A DNA stretch of 64,000 bases, from positions 128,826-192,825 of the forward strand of contig JAAYNI010000033.1 in assembly GCA_012520995.1 (NCBI GenBank), written 5' to 3'. The notes under the pieces were generated by a model. That model was not told the origin of the DNA. It did no database searches and was given only the letters and a program-made list of their open reading frames with translations. A program made the translations under genes and the position numbers. This document shows positions 39,029 to 48,148 of the stretch, in pieces. The DNA is from Candidatus Rifleibacteriota bacterium. Its GTDB lineage: Bacteria > Muiribacteriota > Ozemobacteria > Ozemobacterales > Ozemobacteraceae. Position 1 is the first letter of the stretch, and each line of letters opens with the position of its first letter.

Positions 39029-39904
39029 TTAGTTTGAAGGTGAGGGAAGAGCTTCTCTGATGCGTGAAAAAATGTTGCGGTAAATAAATTTTTTGTTCCC
39101 TGCTTCAATTAAGTCTCCGTCTTCTAGGATTCTAAATCTCAGGTTTTTTTTGTTAACGCATAATTGTGTTTCGCCGAGTGATTCCAGTTGATGAACGCCG
39201 TTGTCAAAGACTATGCGGAAAAGCTCCTTAGTATCATTTTCGCTTTGTTTTGGAAGACTCAATTCACATTCATTTGAATATCCGGCTGTAAAGAATTTGC
39301 TGTCTAAGTAATAGCGGGCAGGAAATTTTTTATCATCGTCTTCATCGAGCCAAGCCGACTTTAAAAGCTCTTGGGCTAGTGCCGCGGCTATTCCTGCGAA
39401 AAGTCCAGTAAGGATAAAAACAGCGGCATAATGGCTGTTTTTGAGAAGAAATTTTTCAGCAATTGTGGACGAACAAAATAAGGCGGGCAGGAGACCCAAA
39501 AATAACTTCACAGCGTAAACAAGACTGCCTCGCAAAGAACCTAAAGCAACTGCTATAGCTGATGCAATAGCTATTTGAAGAAGAAGCTTTTCCAAGATGG
39601 GAGGCAGGAAAACCGTTGTCATTGCGTATATGGTTTCGAAAAATATTGTTAGAGAGAGACCTGCGACTGTGCCATATAGGAAAAGAGACAAGGCTTTTCT
39701 GTATCTTCCCTCGTAAAGAAAAGCTTGAAGAGCCAATGAAGCTCCGCAAAAGAAACCAGCGAAAAGTCCTGTGGCTACAATTGATACATAGAGGCTGCCG
39801 GAGAGATCCCAAGTGTTGCCGACACTGGCAGGAATAAGAAGCCATGCTCCCCATCCTGCCATAGTGCCTGCTATGGCATGTTGAAATATGTAAAAAAAGT
39901 TCAA
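39029..39904 (-). CDS. polytopic membrane protein with C-terminal FHA-like domain
   Basis: About 6 TM helices. The C-terminus NGVHQLESLGETQLCVNKKNLR-FRILEDGDLIEAGNKKFIYR matches the FHA pattern (..H.L.DLGStNGt.VN...i...L.dGD.I.lG...f.f). Confidence 0.5.
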   Translation of the reverse strand: MNFFYIFQHAIAGTMAGWGAWLLIPASVGNTWDLSGSLYVSIVATGLFAGFFCGASLALQAFLYEGRYRKALSLFLYGTVAGLSLTIFFETIYAMTTVFLPPILEKLLLQIAIASAIAVALGSLRGSLVYAVKLFLGLLPALFCSSTIAEKFLLKNSHYAAVFILTGLFAGIAAALAQELLKSAWLDEDDDKKFPARYYLDSKFFTAGYSNECELSLPKQSENDTKELFRIVFDNGVHQLESLGETQLCVNKKNLRFRILEDGDLIEAGNKKFIYRNIFSRIREALPSPSN

Positions 39905-40184
39905 AATATACTAGTAGTCTGTTGCGCCTAAAACTTTATTATCGGATACAATTTTTTCTGTCCACAGATGGACACAGATTCACACAGATGAGGGCAAAAT
40001 TGGGCAAAAATTGCATTCTGCTGCCGCATAATCACAATTTTTGCTCTAGCCTCTAATTGAGGACAGATGGTGATGATCGATGCAAGAGTGTGGCTAAATA
40101 ATTCAATCCGCCACCCGCCACGGTGCTTTTCTGTCCACTGAGCACTGTTCACTGTTTTTATGCAAGTAAAACTTGCGTAAAAGC

Positions 40185-41477
40185 TTAGACGAGAGGCTGA
40201 TCTACAAGAGTTAAATCTGAAACAAAGTAAATGTCGAAAGCTTCCTGTATTTCTTCTTGTGTGACAGCAAGATTTTCATCTTCCAGGTATTTCTTTCGGT
40301 CTCTGACGATGTTCAGCAAGTCGCGGGGATGAACAGCTCTTAAGCCCCTATTGGATTTTTTGTATAGTCCGAACAGGTACTCCAAAGTTTGCTCACTGCA
40401 ATTCATGCCCAGTTTATAGCATTCGGCATTCCAGATCTGAGTGAATTCATCAGGTTTAGGATTTCTGACGTTGATCTTGTAAGGCAATCTTCTTAAAAAG
40501 GCATCGTCAGCAATTTTGGTCGGATCTAAGTTGGTGCTGAACAAAATGATTTCATCCGTGAAAACTTCCATTCGCTGCCCGCCCATTACCAAAAAGTCTA
40601 TTTTGTTTTCCAAAGGAACAATAAAGCGGTTGAATATGTCTTCCGGAGAGCATCTTTGTCTGCCCAAGTCGTCTATCAGAAGCACTCCGCCTGTGGCCTT
40701 GACCTGTGGAGGAGCGTCAAAACACTCATATCTCTTGTTGAACTTGACTTCGAGATCCTCAAGAGTTAGTTCGCCGGCAGCTGTGATGAAAGGCGGATGG
40801 ATTATAGCCCATCTTTCGTCAAGCCCTTCCATATCGGCTTCTTCATAAATTTTATGGCAGCTGGGGTCAAAGATTCTGACTAATTGTCCGCCTACTTCAA
40901 CCGCATAGGGAATAGCCATTACGGGTAAAAGTTTTACAACTGAGCTGCAAAGAAATGTTTTACCGTTTCCTGGAAAACCGTAAACAAAAGCAGGTTTTCT
41001 TGCGCAAACTGCTTGTCCAAGTTGGAAGAGGACATCTTGATAACCGAGATGGTTAGCAAATTTTGCTTCCATAAGTTCGGCATTTATAGCTGAAGCATTT
41101 TTAACAAGTTCCAATACTTCTTTGGTGATATTGGTATAGTCCTCAAAGCTTACAGGCAAAACCCCATAATAGCCGTCTCTCTCAAGAAGGTCTCTTGCTC
41201 TTTCGGCACCTTTCGGATAAAGGGAATATTGATAATCAGAGCCGAAACCGGTGCCGCCGACCATAGCAACAAGTTCTTGCTTTTTGAGGTCATTTACTAC
41301 TTGTTGAACCAAGTCTTCGCTGATTTTCAATCTTTTTGCGATTTGGCGGGGAGTATCTTTGGTTCTGGCATATAGTTCTTTTATTACCTGATTTTTGATG
41401 ATATCCACATCTATGTTAAGTTCGTAAAGGTTGGTTGCCTGACGTGGAAGAATTTTTTGCAATCTCTTTATCAGCAT
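40185..41477 (-). CDS. AAA+ family ATPase with N-terminal winged-helix-like domain (function unknown)
   Basis: N-terminal TPRQIAKRLKISEDLVQQVVNDLKKQELV (wHTH-like). Walker A FVYGFPGNGKTFL. Walker B VLLIDDLGRQ. Sensor-1 FSTNLD. Arg finger/sensor-2 FLRRLPYKI. Confidence 0.65.
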   Translation of the reverse strand: MLIKRLQKILPRQATNLYELNIDVDIIKNQVIKELYARTKDTPRQIAKRLKISEDLVQQVVNDLKKQELVAMVGGTGFGSDYQYSLYPKGAERARDLLERDGYYGVLPVSFEDYTNITKEVLELVKNASAINAELMEAKFANHLGYQDVLFQLGQAVCARKPAFVYGFPGNGKTFLCSSVVKLLPVMAIPYAVEVGGQLVRIFDPSCHKIYEEADMEGLDERWAIIHPPFITAAGELTLEDLEVKFNKRYECFDAPPQVKATGGVLLIDDLGRQRCSPEDIFNRFIVPLENKIDFLVMGGQRMEVFTDEIILFSTNLDPTKIADDAFLRRLPYKINVRNPKPDEFTQIWNAECYKLGMNCSEQTLEYLFGLYKKSNRGLRAVHPRDLLNIVRDRKKYLEDENLAVTQEEIQEAFDIYFVSDLTLVDQPLV

Positions 41478-41609
41478 ATATCTCTCCTGCTATTAACTTA
41501 ATGTTTAGTATATATCAGTTTTTGCTTTCATGAGCAATAAGAGCTATACTTGTTAATTTTTTCTCGGCGTATTAGAATAACGCAAGCTTAATCTAGGAGA
41601 TTTGCACCC

Positions 41610-42341
41610 GTGATTGAAGAAATCGAAGTGGCAGGAACCTCACTTAACGTCAAGTGTTTGACGTTTTCTACGGACTCGCCCCAAGATACACTAAAAGAAC
41701 TTTATGAGCATTGCCCGGCATTTGATCCTGCAAGAGAAATTGCTGGCTTCCATGATTGTGATTTTAATGATCGAATTGTCAGAGGCGCATATTCGGTCGT
41801 AATACCCTTCGAAGTAGAGCATCTGGTTGATACCATTACTACCAAGACTCTCTTTAAGCGCATAGAGACTTGCGAGTTTGTAATTACGCCTGTATTTACA
41901 GCCGTTTACGGAAAAAATTCTGCTGCTCGCCTTTTTATACAAGCTGTAACCTCCATGGCAGGTGTAAACGCTGGTCTCAGAGAGTTTCAGTTTGAAGATC
42001 TTGACCGCTTACAGGAAAGAATGACAATTATAAAGACAGTTGTTCTTGTTAATCCCAAAGATAAAGAAATCAGCAGAGCAAGGCTTTCCGGCCATATGGA
42101 AAGCTATACGGAATACAATATTATAGATCCTCAAAATCATGATATTGACAGCATTTCAGGAGTTATAGAAACTCCGCTGGGAACAATGGGAATAGCTGTT
42201 GGCAAAAAAGGCAACTTCAGACTTTCAGTCAAAAAGGATTTTATTATGACTGCAGAATGTCTGGAGTGGATTTATGCTTTAATTACTGAGGAGCGTCTTC
42301 CTGAAATAAAAAGTATTAGGGATGCAGAATTTCATGTTTAA
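41610..42341 (+). CDS. hypothetical cytoplasmic protein (243 aa), divergent from the AAA+ ATPase gene
   Basis: GTG start. No recognisable motifs. The stop overlaps the start of the next gene (ATGTTTAA). Confidence 0.45.
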   Translation: MIEEIEVAGTSLNVKCLTFSTDSPQDTLKELYEHCPAFDPAREIAGFHDCDFNDRIVRGAYSVVIPFEVEHLVDTITTKTLFKRIETCEFVITPVFTAVYGKNSAARLFIQAVTSMAGVNAGLREFQFEDLDRLQERMTIIKTVVLVNPKDKEISRARLSGHMESYTEYNIIDPQNHDIDSISGVIETPLGTMGIAVGKKGNFRLSVKKDFIMTAECLEWIYALITEERLPEIKSIRDAEFHV

Positions 42342-42825
42342 TAACCTAAAACTTTACAAGAGCAAGAGACAAGATTCTAAATTCGCTTTTTGTATAACAG
42401 AGGAAATAAATTTAACTGTTTTCCATGCAGCATGCTTTATTCTCACAGTGCTTCTATTTCTTCTTCCTGCAAGTCTATTTGCTTCTCCCTCACCAGGCTC
42501 GCCTTCAGACCCCTTGGTTGCCAAAAGCTATTTGGATCATCTTACTTTGTTCAGGCTGGAAACTTTTTCTGCGGGCTCCTCTCTGACAGCACCGCGTGGC
42601 GGTTCGGTAATAGCTGTTTCAGGAGAAATAAGGATTTCATTTGGCGACAGCAATGGGGTAGCGGTAGATGTTACAGCAGGCAAAAGAATTGCGGAGGGGG
42701 GAATTCTTCCGCAAAATCATCTTGTAATTATTTCTTCAGCATCGTCTTGTGTTTTGACTGTGCGAGCAAACTCTTCAATTATGTTGAAAGGCATATTCGA
42801 TATAAATAATTCTTCTGGCAGATGA
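42334..42825 (+). CDS. hypothetical bitopic membrane protein with beta-rich extracytoplasmic domain
   Basis: MFNNLKLYK..., TM helix ACFILTVLLFLLPASLFA, then an S/G/V-rich domain. ATGA overlap with the downstream CsaB-fusion gene. Confidence 0.4.
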   Translation: MFNNLKLYKSKRQDSKFAFCITEEINLTVFHAACFILTVLLFLLPASLFASPSPGSPSDPLVAKSYLDHLTLFRLETFSAGSSLTAPRGGSVIAVSGEIRISFGDSNGVAVDVTAGKRIAEGGILPQNHLVIISSASSCVLTVRANSSIMLKGIFDINNSSGR

Positions 42826-45800
42826 AACAAGAACAACAGCACTCTCTTGAACAAAGAACAGTAAATTTGCAACAACTGAAGATTTTTTTCCAAAAGGGCG
42901 GCAGATATCTTTTGGCATTTGTTTTGTTGTTTGGCTTTTTGCTGGCTTTTTGGCGTTCCCATTTACGCATAGTTTCTGAATCTGCTAATAAATATTTCGA
43001 AACAGTGGCCGATTATACTCCGCTTTTACAAGCTGCTCAGAAAGAAGGCTATTCAGAGGCGACTTTAATAGCAGCCTTGAAAAATGCTGGTGTTACCTCT
43101 GTTTTACTGCGTGAAGATACCATAGCTTCTCTTGAAAACATGGGAAAACTTCGGCTTTTTAAAGTTGCCGACCTGAAAGCTCTTCCTTACATAGGTTCGC
43201 GAAAAGAAATCAATTTGCCAAGCGGTTGGAATTCCGGAATTTGTATATACTCAAAAGATCATGCTTTGCTCAGACGTATAGAAAAGCGTCTTTTGATTTT
43301 AAAAGATCGCTTTGCTCTGAAAACAGCTCGAACTGATACAGACACTCTTTTTGTAAACAGGTTTGACAAACTTTTTATGGAAGATATTGGCTTGGGTTTT
43401 TCAGCCAGGCTTTTTAAAGAGTTGGAAAACGCAGGTTTGGGAGTTTATTTAGAACTCTTTGGTTATAATGAAATGACCAAAGAAGAAGTTGCCGCTTCTT
43501 TAGAAGCCATTCCAGACTCTGTGCAAATTAGAGGTTTTTTTGCACAAGAAAAAGAGATCTTTGCTCATGACGGGGCTTTAGATGAACTGAAAGAACGCAT
43601 TGCGAAAAACAGATGGATTATTTGTACTCTGGAGTTTCAAACTTATAGAGGTATGCAAAGATACTATAAAGAGTTAGGAGCTTCGGCTTACTTTCGAAAA
43701 GCTCACTCTATAAAACCGGCTGAAATGAGGCTGGTGTATACTCCGAAAAGAGCTCTTGAGCGAATGGTGAGGGCTGCCAAGGAGCGTTCTTTGAGAATAT
43801 TGCTTCTAAGAAGCTTCGAAACTGAGAATGTTTTCAACGCTAAGGATATGACAGCTGTGAATCTTGATTGGTTCAAATCAGTTTCTGATGCTTGCAGAGC
43901 GTGGGGACTAGAGCCTTTGCCTTATGGCGAACCTCTTGAAGCCTATTCTCGCTTGAGTATTAAGACTATATCCGAACCTTCGGGTTGGCAACTTTACTTT
44001 ATAGCATTGGCATTATTCTCTTCTTGTTTTGTGGTTGCTTTTATGCTTTTTGGAGCTTTGCCGGATCTGTGGGTTATGATTGCTTTTCTGCTCTTTGTAG
44101 CTTTATTGCAAGCTTTTATGCCGCCTGCTTTTTTGATTTCTTCAGCTTCTCTTACAGGTGCTATACTTTATGCGGTGGCAGCCTTTCTCTCTATATTCAA
44201 AGTTTTCGGAATTAATCGCCTTTCTAACGGTTTGCTTAAAGCGGCTGCAGCTTCTGTTGTTATGGCTGGTATAGCTCTTTTTGGCGGAATTCTTATCGCA
44301 GGCATTTCTTCTTCAGCTTTCTATCTTAACGGTTTTATCCAGTTTAGAGGGGTTAAGGCGGCCTTGCTTTTTCCAGTCTTTTTTGCTTTTTTATATAGTC
44401 TCATAAAATACGGCAAGGGATTTGGAAGATTTGTAAGAGGGCCTGTGACCTTTCAAACTCTTTTTCTTGTCTTCATAATGCTTCTGTTTTTAGTTGTTTA
44501 TGTTGGACGTTCCGGCAATTTTAACTTTTTGAATTCCTCTGCGTTGGAAGATTCTTTCCGAGTTTTCCTAGAAGATACGCTTGTTGCTAGACCTCGCACC
44601 AAAGAGTTTCTTATAGGGTATCCTGCTGTTTTCCTATTTCTTTTTTTTGCTCTTAGGAAAATAGATATCCTGCTTCCATTATTAGCGGTTCTGATGCAAA
44701 TGGCTGCAGTTTCGCTTGTAAATACCATGTGCCATTTTCACTCTCCTTTGCTTTTGAGTTTTTTAAGAGTTTTTAATGGCTTGTGGACAGGTATTTCTGT
44801 AGGAATTCTTGTTTTTATTTCCGCCTGTATTCTTAGCTTTTTGGCCGGATTAGTGGGCAAAAAGGAAAAAGCTGTGTTTTTGTTGGGCTACTTTGGCTTT
44901 GGCAACTATGGCGATGAGCTTTTAAGGACAACTTTTATCAAAAAGTTTCAGAGTCGCATGCCTGATTATACAATATATGTTTTGACAGCATCTAAAGAAG
45001 AATCTAATGAGCCTGGAGTAATTTTTCTTAGACGACGATCATTTGTTCTTCCAAAGTTGGTTTCTTGTCAGGCCTTAATAGTGCCTGGCGGCGGTGTTTT
45101 CCAGTCATCCACTTCTTTAAGAAGTCTGGCTTATTACCTTTTTTTCCTAAGCATGGCCAGAATTGCTGGCGTTAAGGTGTTTTTGCCGGCTCAAGGCCTT
45201 GGTCCTTTTAAGAACGGTATAGCGGGTGCTCTTCTCAAATCTGCTTTGGAAGCTGAGCTCGTTGATGCCGAATATCTTTCCTTGAGAGACTTGGCTTCCA
45301 AAAAACAGCTCCCGGAAATCTTGGCAAACAGAAATTTGGAAGTTGTTACAGATCTTTTCTTTTGGGGTGCGGATGTTTCTGAGACTCAAATTAAACCTCC
45401 TGGCAATCTGCTGAAAACCTATGTTGTTTTGCGAGCCTCTGTTCCTGGTGTTTTAAAGATGGCGAAAGAGATTTTGGCTTTGGGCGAAACTTTTGAGAAT
45501 ATAAAGATAATTCCTCTTGTTTTCAGTGATCCTGAGGATACTAAACTTTGGAAAGAAGCAGGTTTTAAAGGTGAACTGATAAGCATTTATGACAGTCCTC
45601 TTATGTTTGAGGAGGCAGATATAATCATAAGTATGAGATTGCATGGAGCTATTATGGCTACTGCTGCCTGCATACCTTGGATTGGCATAAACTATGATCC
45701 AAAGGTTAAGGGATTCGCTGACTCAGTTTCATGGAGTGAATTTGTAAAGACTCCTGAAGAGTTTGATTCCCGCTGGCTTGTTGAGCAACTTAATTTGTTG

Positions 45801-45947
45801 GCCATTGATAGAACTTATTATTCTGCTAAACTCTATGAGGAATCCATGCGGCTTAAAAAAATAGCAGAGCGCGATTTTGAAGCTTTTATAGGCAGTTTTG
45901 AACGCTTGTGTGAAAACGCAACTCAGAAGGAGTTGGAAAATGCTTAA
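42822..45947 (+). CDS. multidomain membrane protein with C-terminal polysaccharide pyruvyl transferase (CsaB-like) domain
   Basis: The N-terminal soluble domain is about 330 aa. At least 10 TM helices follow (aa about 380-700). The C-terminal domain reads VFLLGYFGFGNYGDELLRTTFIKKF...ALIVPGGGVFQSSTSLRSLAYYLFFLSMARIAGVKVFLPAQGLGPF...ISMRLHGAIMA (PS_pyruv_trans/CsaB motifs). Confidence 0.7.
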   Translation: MKQEQQHSLEQRTVNLQQLKIFFQKGGRYLLAFVLLFGFLLAFWRSHLRIVSESANKYFETVADYTPLLQAAQKEGYSEATLIAALKNAGVTSVLLREDTIASLENMGKLRLFKVADLKALPYIGSRKEINLPSGWNSGICIYSKDHALLRRIEKRLLILKDRFALKTARTDTDTLFVNRFDKLFMEDIGLGFSARLFKELENAGLGVYLELFGYNEMTKEEVAASLEAIPDSVQIRGFFAQEKEIFAHDGALDELKERIAKNRWIICTLEFQTYRGMQRYYKELGASAYFRKAHSIKPAEMRLVYTPKRALERMVRAAKERSLRILLLRSFETENVFNAKDMTAVNLDWFKSVSDACRAWGLEPLPYGEPLEAYSRLSIKTISEPSGWQLYFIALALFSSCFVVAFMLFGALPDLWVMIAFLLFVALLQAFMPPAFLISSASLTGAILYAVAAFLSIFKVFGINRLSNGLLKAAAASVVMAGIALFGGILIAGISSSAFYLNGFIQFRGVKAALLFPVFFAFLYSLIKYGKGFGRFVRGPVTFQTLFLVFIMLLFLVVYVGRSGNFNFLNSSALEDSFRVFLEDTLVARPRTKEFLIGYPAVFLFLFFALRKIDILLPLLAVLMQMAAVSLVNTMCHFHSPLLLSFLRVFNGLWTGISVGILVFISACILSFLAGLVGKKEKAVFLLGYFGFGNYGDELLRTTFIKKFQSRMPDYTIYVLTASKEESNEPGVIFLRRRSFVLPKLVSCQALIVPGGGVFQSSTSLRSLAYYLFFLSMARIAGVKVFLPAQGLGPFKNGIAGALLKSALEAELVDAEYLSLRDLASKKQLPEILANRNLEVVTDLFFWGADVSETQIKPPGNLLKTYVVLRASVPGVLKMAKEILALGETFENIKIIPLVFSDPEDTKLWKEAGFKGELISIYDSPLMFEEADIIISMRLHGAIMATAACIPWIGINYDPKVKGFADSVSWSEFVKTPEEFDSRWLVEQLNLLAIDRTYYSAKLYEESMRLKKIAERDFEAFIGSFERLCENATQKELENA

Positions 45948-46959
45948 AACTGGAAGTCTTGGAATAGTAGGAGCTACGGGAGCTGCCGGCTCAAAAATTT
46001 TGGAGATTCTTCAGGAAGAAAATATCAAACCCAGTGATTTGCGTCTTTTTGCCTCTGAAAAGAGTGCTGGCAAGCAAATAACTTTCGCAGACAAGATCTA
46101 TGAAGTTGAAAATCTTCAAACAGCAGACTTTAAAGGTTTGAATACAATTTTTTTTGCTGCAGGTTCAAGTATAAGCAAAGACTATGCTCTTAAAGCTGTT
46201 TCCTGTGGCGCTGCTGTTATAGACAATTCCAGTGCTTATCGTGCTGACCCGAAAGTTCCTCTCGTGGTTCCCGAGATTAACTTCAATGAGGTTAATGCTT
46301 CTACAAGACTCATAGCTAACCCAAACTGTTCGACTATACAATTGGTGATGGCAATAGCGCCTCTTCACAGAATAAATCCTGTAAAGCGCTTGGTTGTCAC
46401 TACCATGCAGTCAGTTTCAGGCACAGGTTTCAAAGGTGTGGAAGAGCTGAAAAAACAAGTATCTCAGACACTCAAAGGTGTTTATCCTGAGCCTGAGATA
46501 TATCCTCATGTTATAGCTTTCAATCTGATACCGGAAATAGATGCTTTTAACCCTGAAACAGACATGTTTAAAGAGGAAGAAAAAATAATCTTTGAAACTA
46601 ATAAAATCCTTGCTTCTGATATAAAAATATCCGCGACAGCAGTAAGAGTTCCTGTTTATTCATCTCATAGCGAAAGTGTAAATTTGCAATTTGAGAAACC
46701 TTTTTCAGCAGATGAAGCAAGATATGTTTTATCAAATGCGGAGGGGATAAGTGTTATAGATGCTCCCCGCAACTCTCTTTATCCGACTCCTTTAGACTGT
46801 GCTGGCTCAAATAAGGTGTTTGTGGGCAGAATAAGAGATGATTTGAGTGCTCCTAATTCTCTCAATATGTGGGTTGTATCAGACAACTTGAGGAAGGGAG
46901 CTGCTTGGAATGCAGTTCAAATCTATATGAGGCTTATTTCAAGCGGCTATACTTCGTAA
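45940..46959 (+). CDS. asd: aspartate-semialdehyde dehydrogenase
   Basis: MLKTGSLGIVGATGAAG (NAD-binding), IANPNCSTIQLVMAI (active-site Cys) and MQSVSGTG. It overlaps the upstream stop (ATGCTTAA). Confidence 0.85.
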   Translation: MLKTGSLGIVGATGAAGSKILEILQEENIKPSDLRLFASEKSAGKQITFADKIYEVENLQTADFKGLNTIFFAAGSSISKDYALKAVSCGAAVIDNSSAYRADPKVPLVVPEINFNEVNASTRLIANPNCSTIQLVMAIAPLHRINPVKRLVVTTMQSVSGTGFKGVEELKKQVSQTLKGVYPEPEIYPHVIAFNLIPEIDAFNPETDMFKEEEKIIFETNKILASDIKISATAVRVPVYSSHSESVNLQFEKPFSADEARYVLSNAEGISVIDAPRNSLYPTPLDCAGSNKVFVGRIRDDLSAPNSLNMWVVSDNLRKGAAWNAVQIYMRLISSGYTS

Positions 46960-46978
46960 AATAAATGGAGACGAACCT

Positions 46979-48148
46979 ATGACTTATAAAATAAGCGTGC
47001 AAAGATGCTTCTCTTACGAACAGGAAGAGGTTAGAGAGGCTTTAATTAAAATGCTTGAGCCCCTGGGAGGCATGGAATCCTACGTTAAAAAAGGAGCCAA
47101 AGTTCTGGTCAAGCCGAATATGCTTTCCCGTAAAGACCCGAGCAGAGCTGCTACGACTCACCCTTCGATTATAGCCGAGGTCGTGAAACTCTGTTATGCC
47201 GCTGGGGCATCTCATGTGAAAGTGGGCGATAGTCCCCCCGAAATTTTCGGATTGGCAGAGGACTTTTGGAAAATTACCGGATTTAAGAAGGCTTGTGAAG
47301 ATTCGGGAGCAGAACTTATTGAGTTTGAAAAAGATGAAAAAGTTCCAGTGACCTTTAGAACCGGCGGAAAAGAAGTGACGGCTTATGTCGTTAAAAGTCT
47401 TTTTGAAGCTGATTGTGTCATAAATCTTCCTAAGATGAAAACCCACAATCTTACTCGAATAACAGGAGCCACTAAAAATTTGTTCGGTTTGATTCCGGGG
47501 TTTGCAAAAGGAATGTGGCACAAGGCTATTCCTCGTGCAGAACAGTTTGCGGAGTTTATAGCGGATTACGCAAGAGAGTTGCCCATCACTCTTAGCATAA
47601 TGGATGCGATAGAAGCTATGGATTCCCAAGGACCAGCTAGCGGCAGAGTTGTCAGGCCAGGCCTTTTATACGGCGGAGCTCCTGTTACAGCAGTAGACTA
47701 CGCTTTTTGCAAAATAGCCGGTTTGAATCCAGCCAAGGTGCACATGTTGGACTATACGGCCAAGATCGGTTTTGGTCCTTCAAGCATGGATGATATAGAA
47801 TTTGTGGGCATTCCTATAGAGGAAGCTGTTATGGAAGAATACAAAGTGCCTATGGCGTCGCCTATGCACCTGATTCCGGAATGGGTTCTGAATATTGCCA
47901 AAAAACTTTTGTGGACAGGCCCTGTTTTGAAAGAGGGCAAATGTGTGAAATGCGGCAGATGTAAAAAAATATGCCCAGTGCATGCTATTGAAATAACTCA
48001 AGCTGACGGTGCTCTTTTCGACAGAGAAAAGTGCATTTCCTGTTTCTGTTGTATGGAAGTTTGCCCAGCAGAGGCTATAGAGGCTCAACCTAGTCCTGCT
48101 GTTACAGTTTTTGTTAAACTTGTTAAAAGGCTCTTGAGATATAAATGA
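46979..48148 (+). CDS. DUF362-domain protein fused to 2x[4Fe-4S] ferredoxin domain
   Basis: N-terminal GAKVLVKPNMLSR... (typical DUF362). C-terminal CVKCGRCKKICPVHAIE ... CISCFCCMEVCPAEAIE. Confidence 0.65.
   Translation: MTYKISVQRCFSYEQEEVREALIKMLEPLGGMESYVKKGAKVLVKPNMLSRKDPSRAATTHPSIIAEVVKLCYAAGASHVKVGDSPPEIFGLAEDFWKITGFKKACEDSGAELIEFEKDEKVPVTFRTGGKEVTAYVVKSLFEADCVINLPKMKTHNLTRITGATKNLFGLIPGFAKGMWHKAIPRAEQFAEFIADYARELPITLSIMDAIEAMDSQGPASGRVVRPGLLYGGAPVTAVDYAFCKIAGLNPAKVHMLDYTAKIGFGPSSMDDIEFVGIPIEEAVMEEYKVPMASPMHLIPEWVLNIAKKLLWTGPVLKEGKCVKCGRCKKICPVHAIEITQADGALFDREKCISCFCCMEVCPAEAIEAQPSPAVTVFVKLVKRLLRYK

Noticed and set aside
39953-40137. Direct repeats TTTTCTGTCCAC interpreted as a miniature transposable element or target-site duplication
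   Set aside because: No terminal inverted repeats, transposase or other copies are visible in the window. It is kept only as a motif-array finding, not called a mobile element.
47042-47629. 195-aa minus-strand ORF
   Set aside because: It is antisense to the DUF362/ferredoxin gene, which has clear Cys-cluster motifs on the plus strand.
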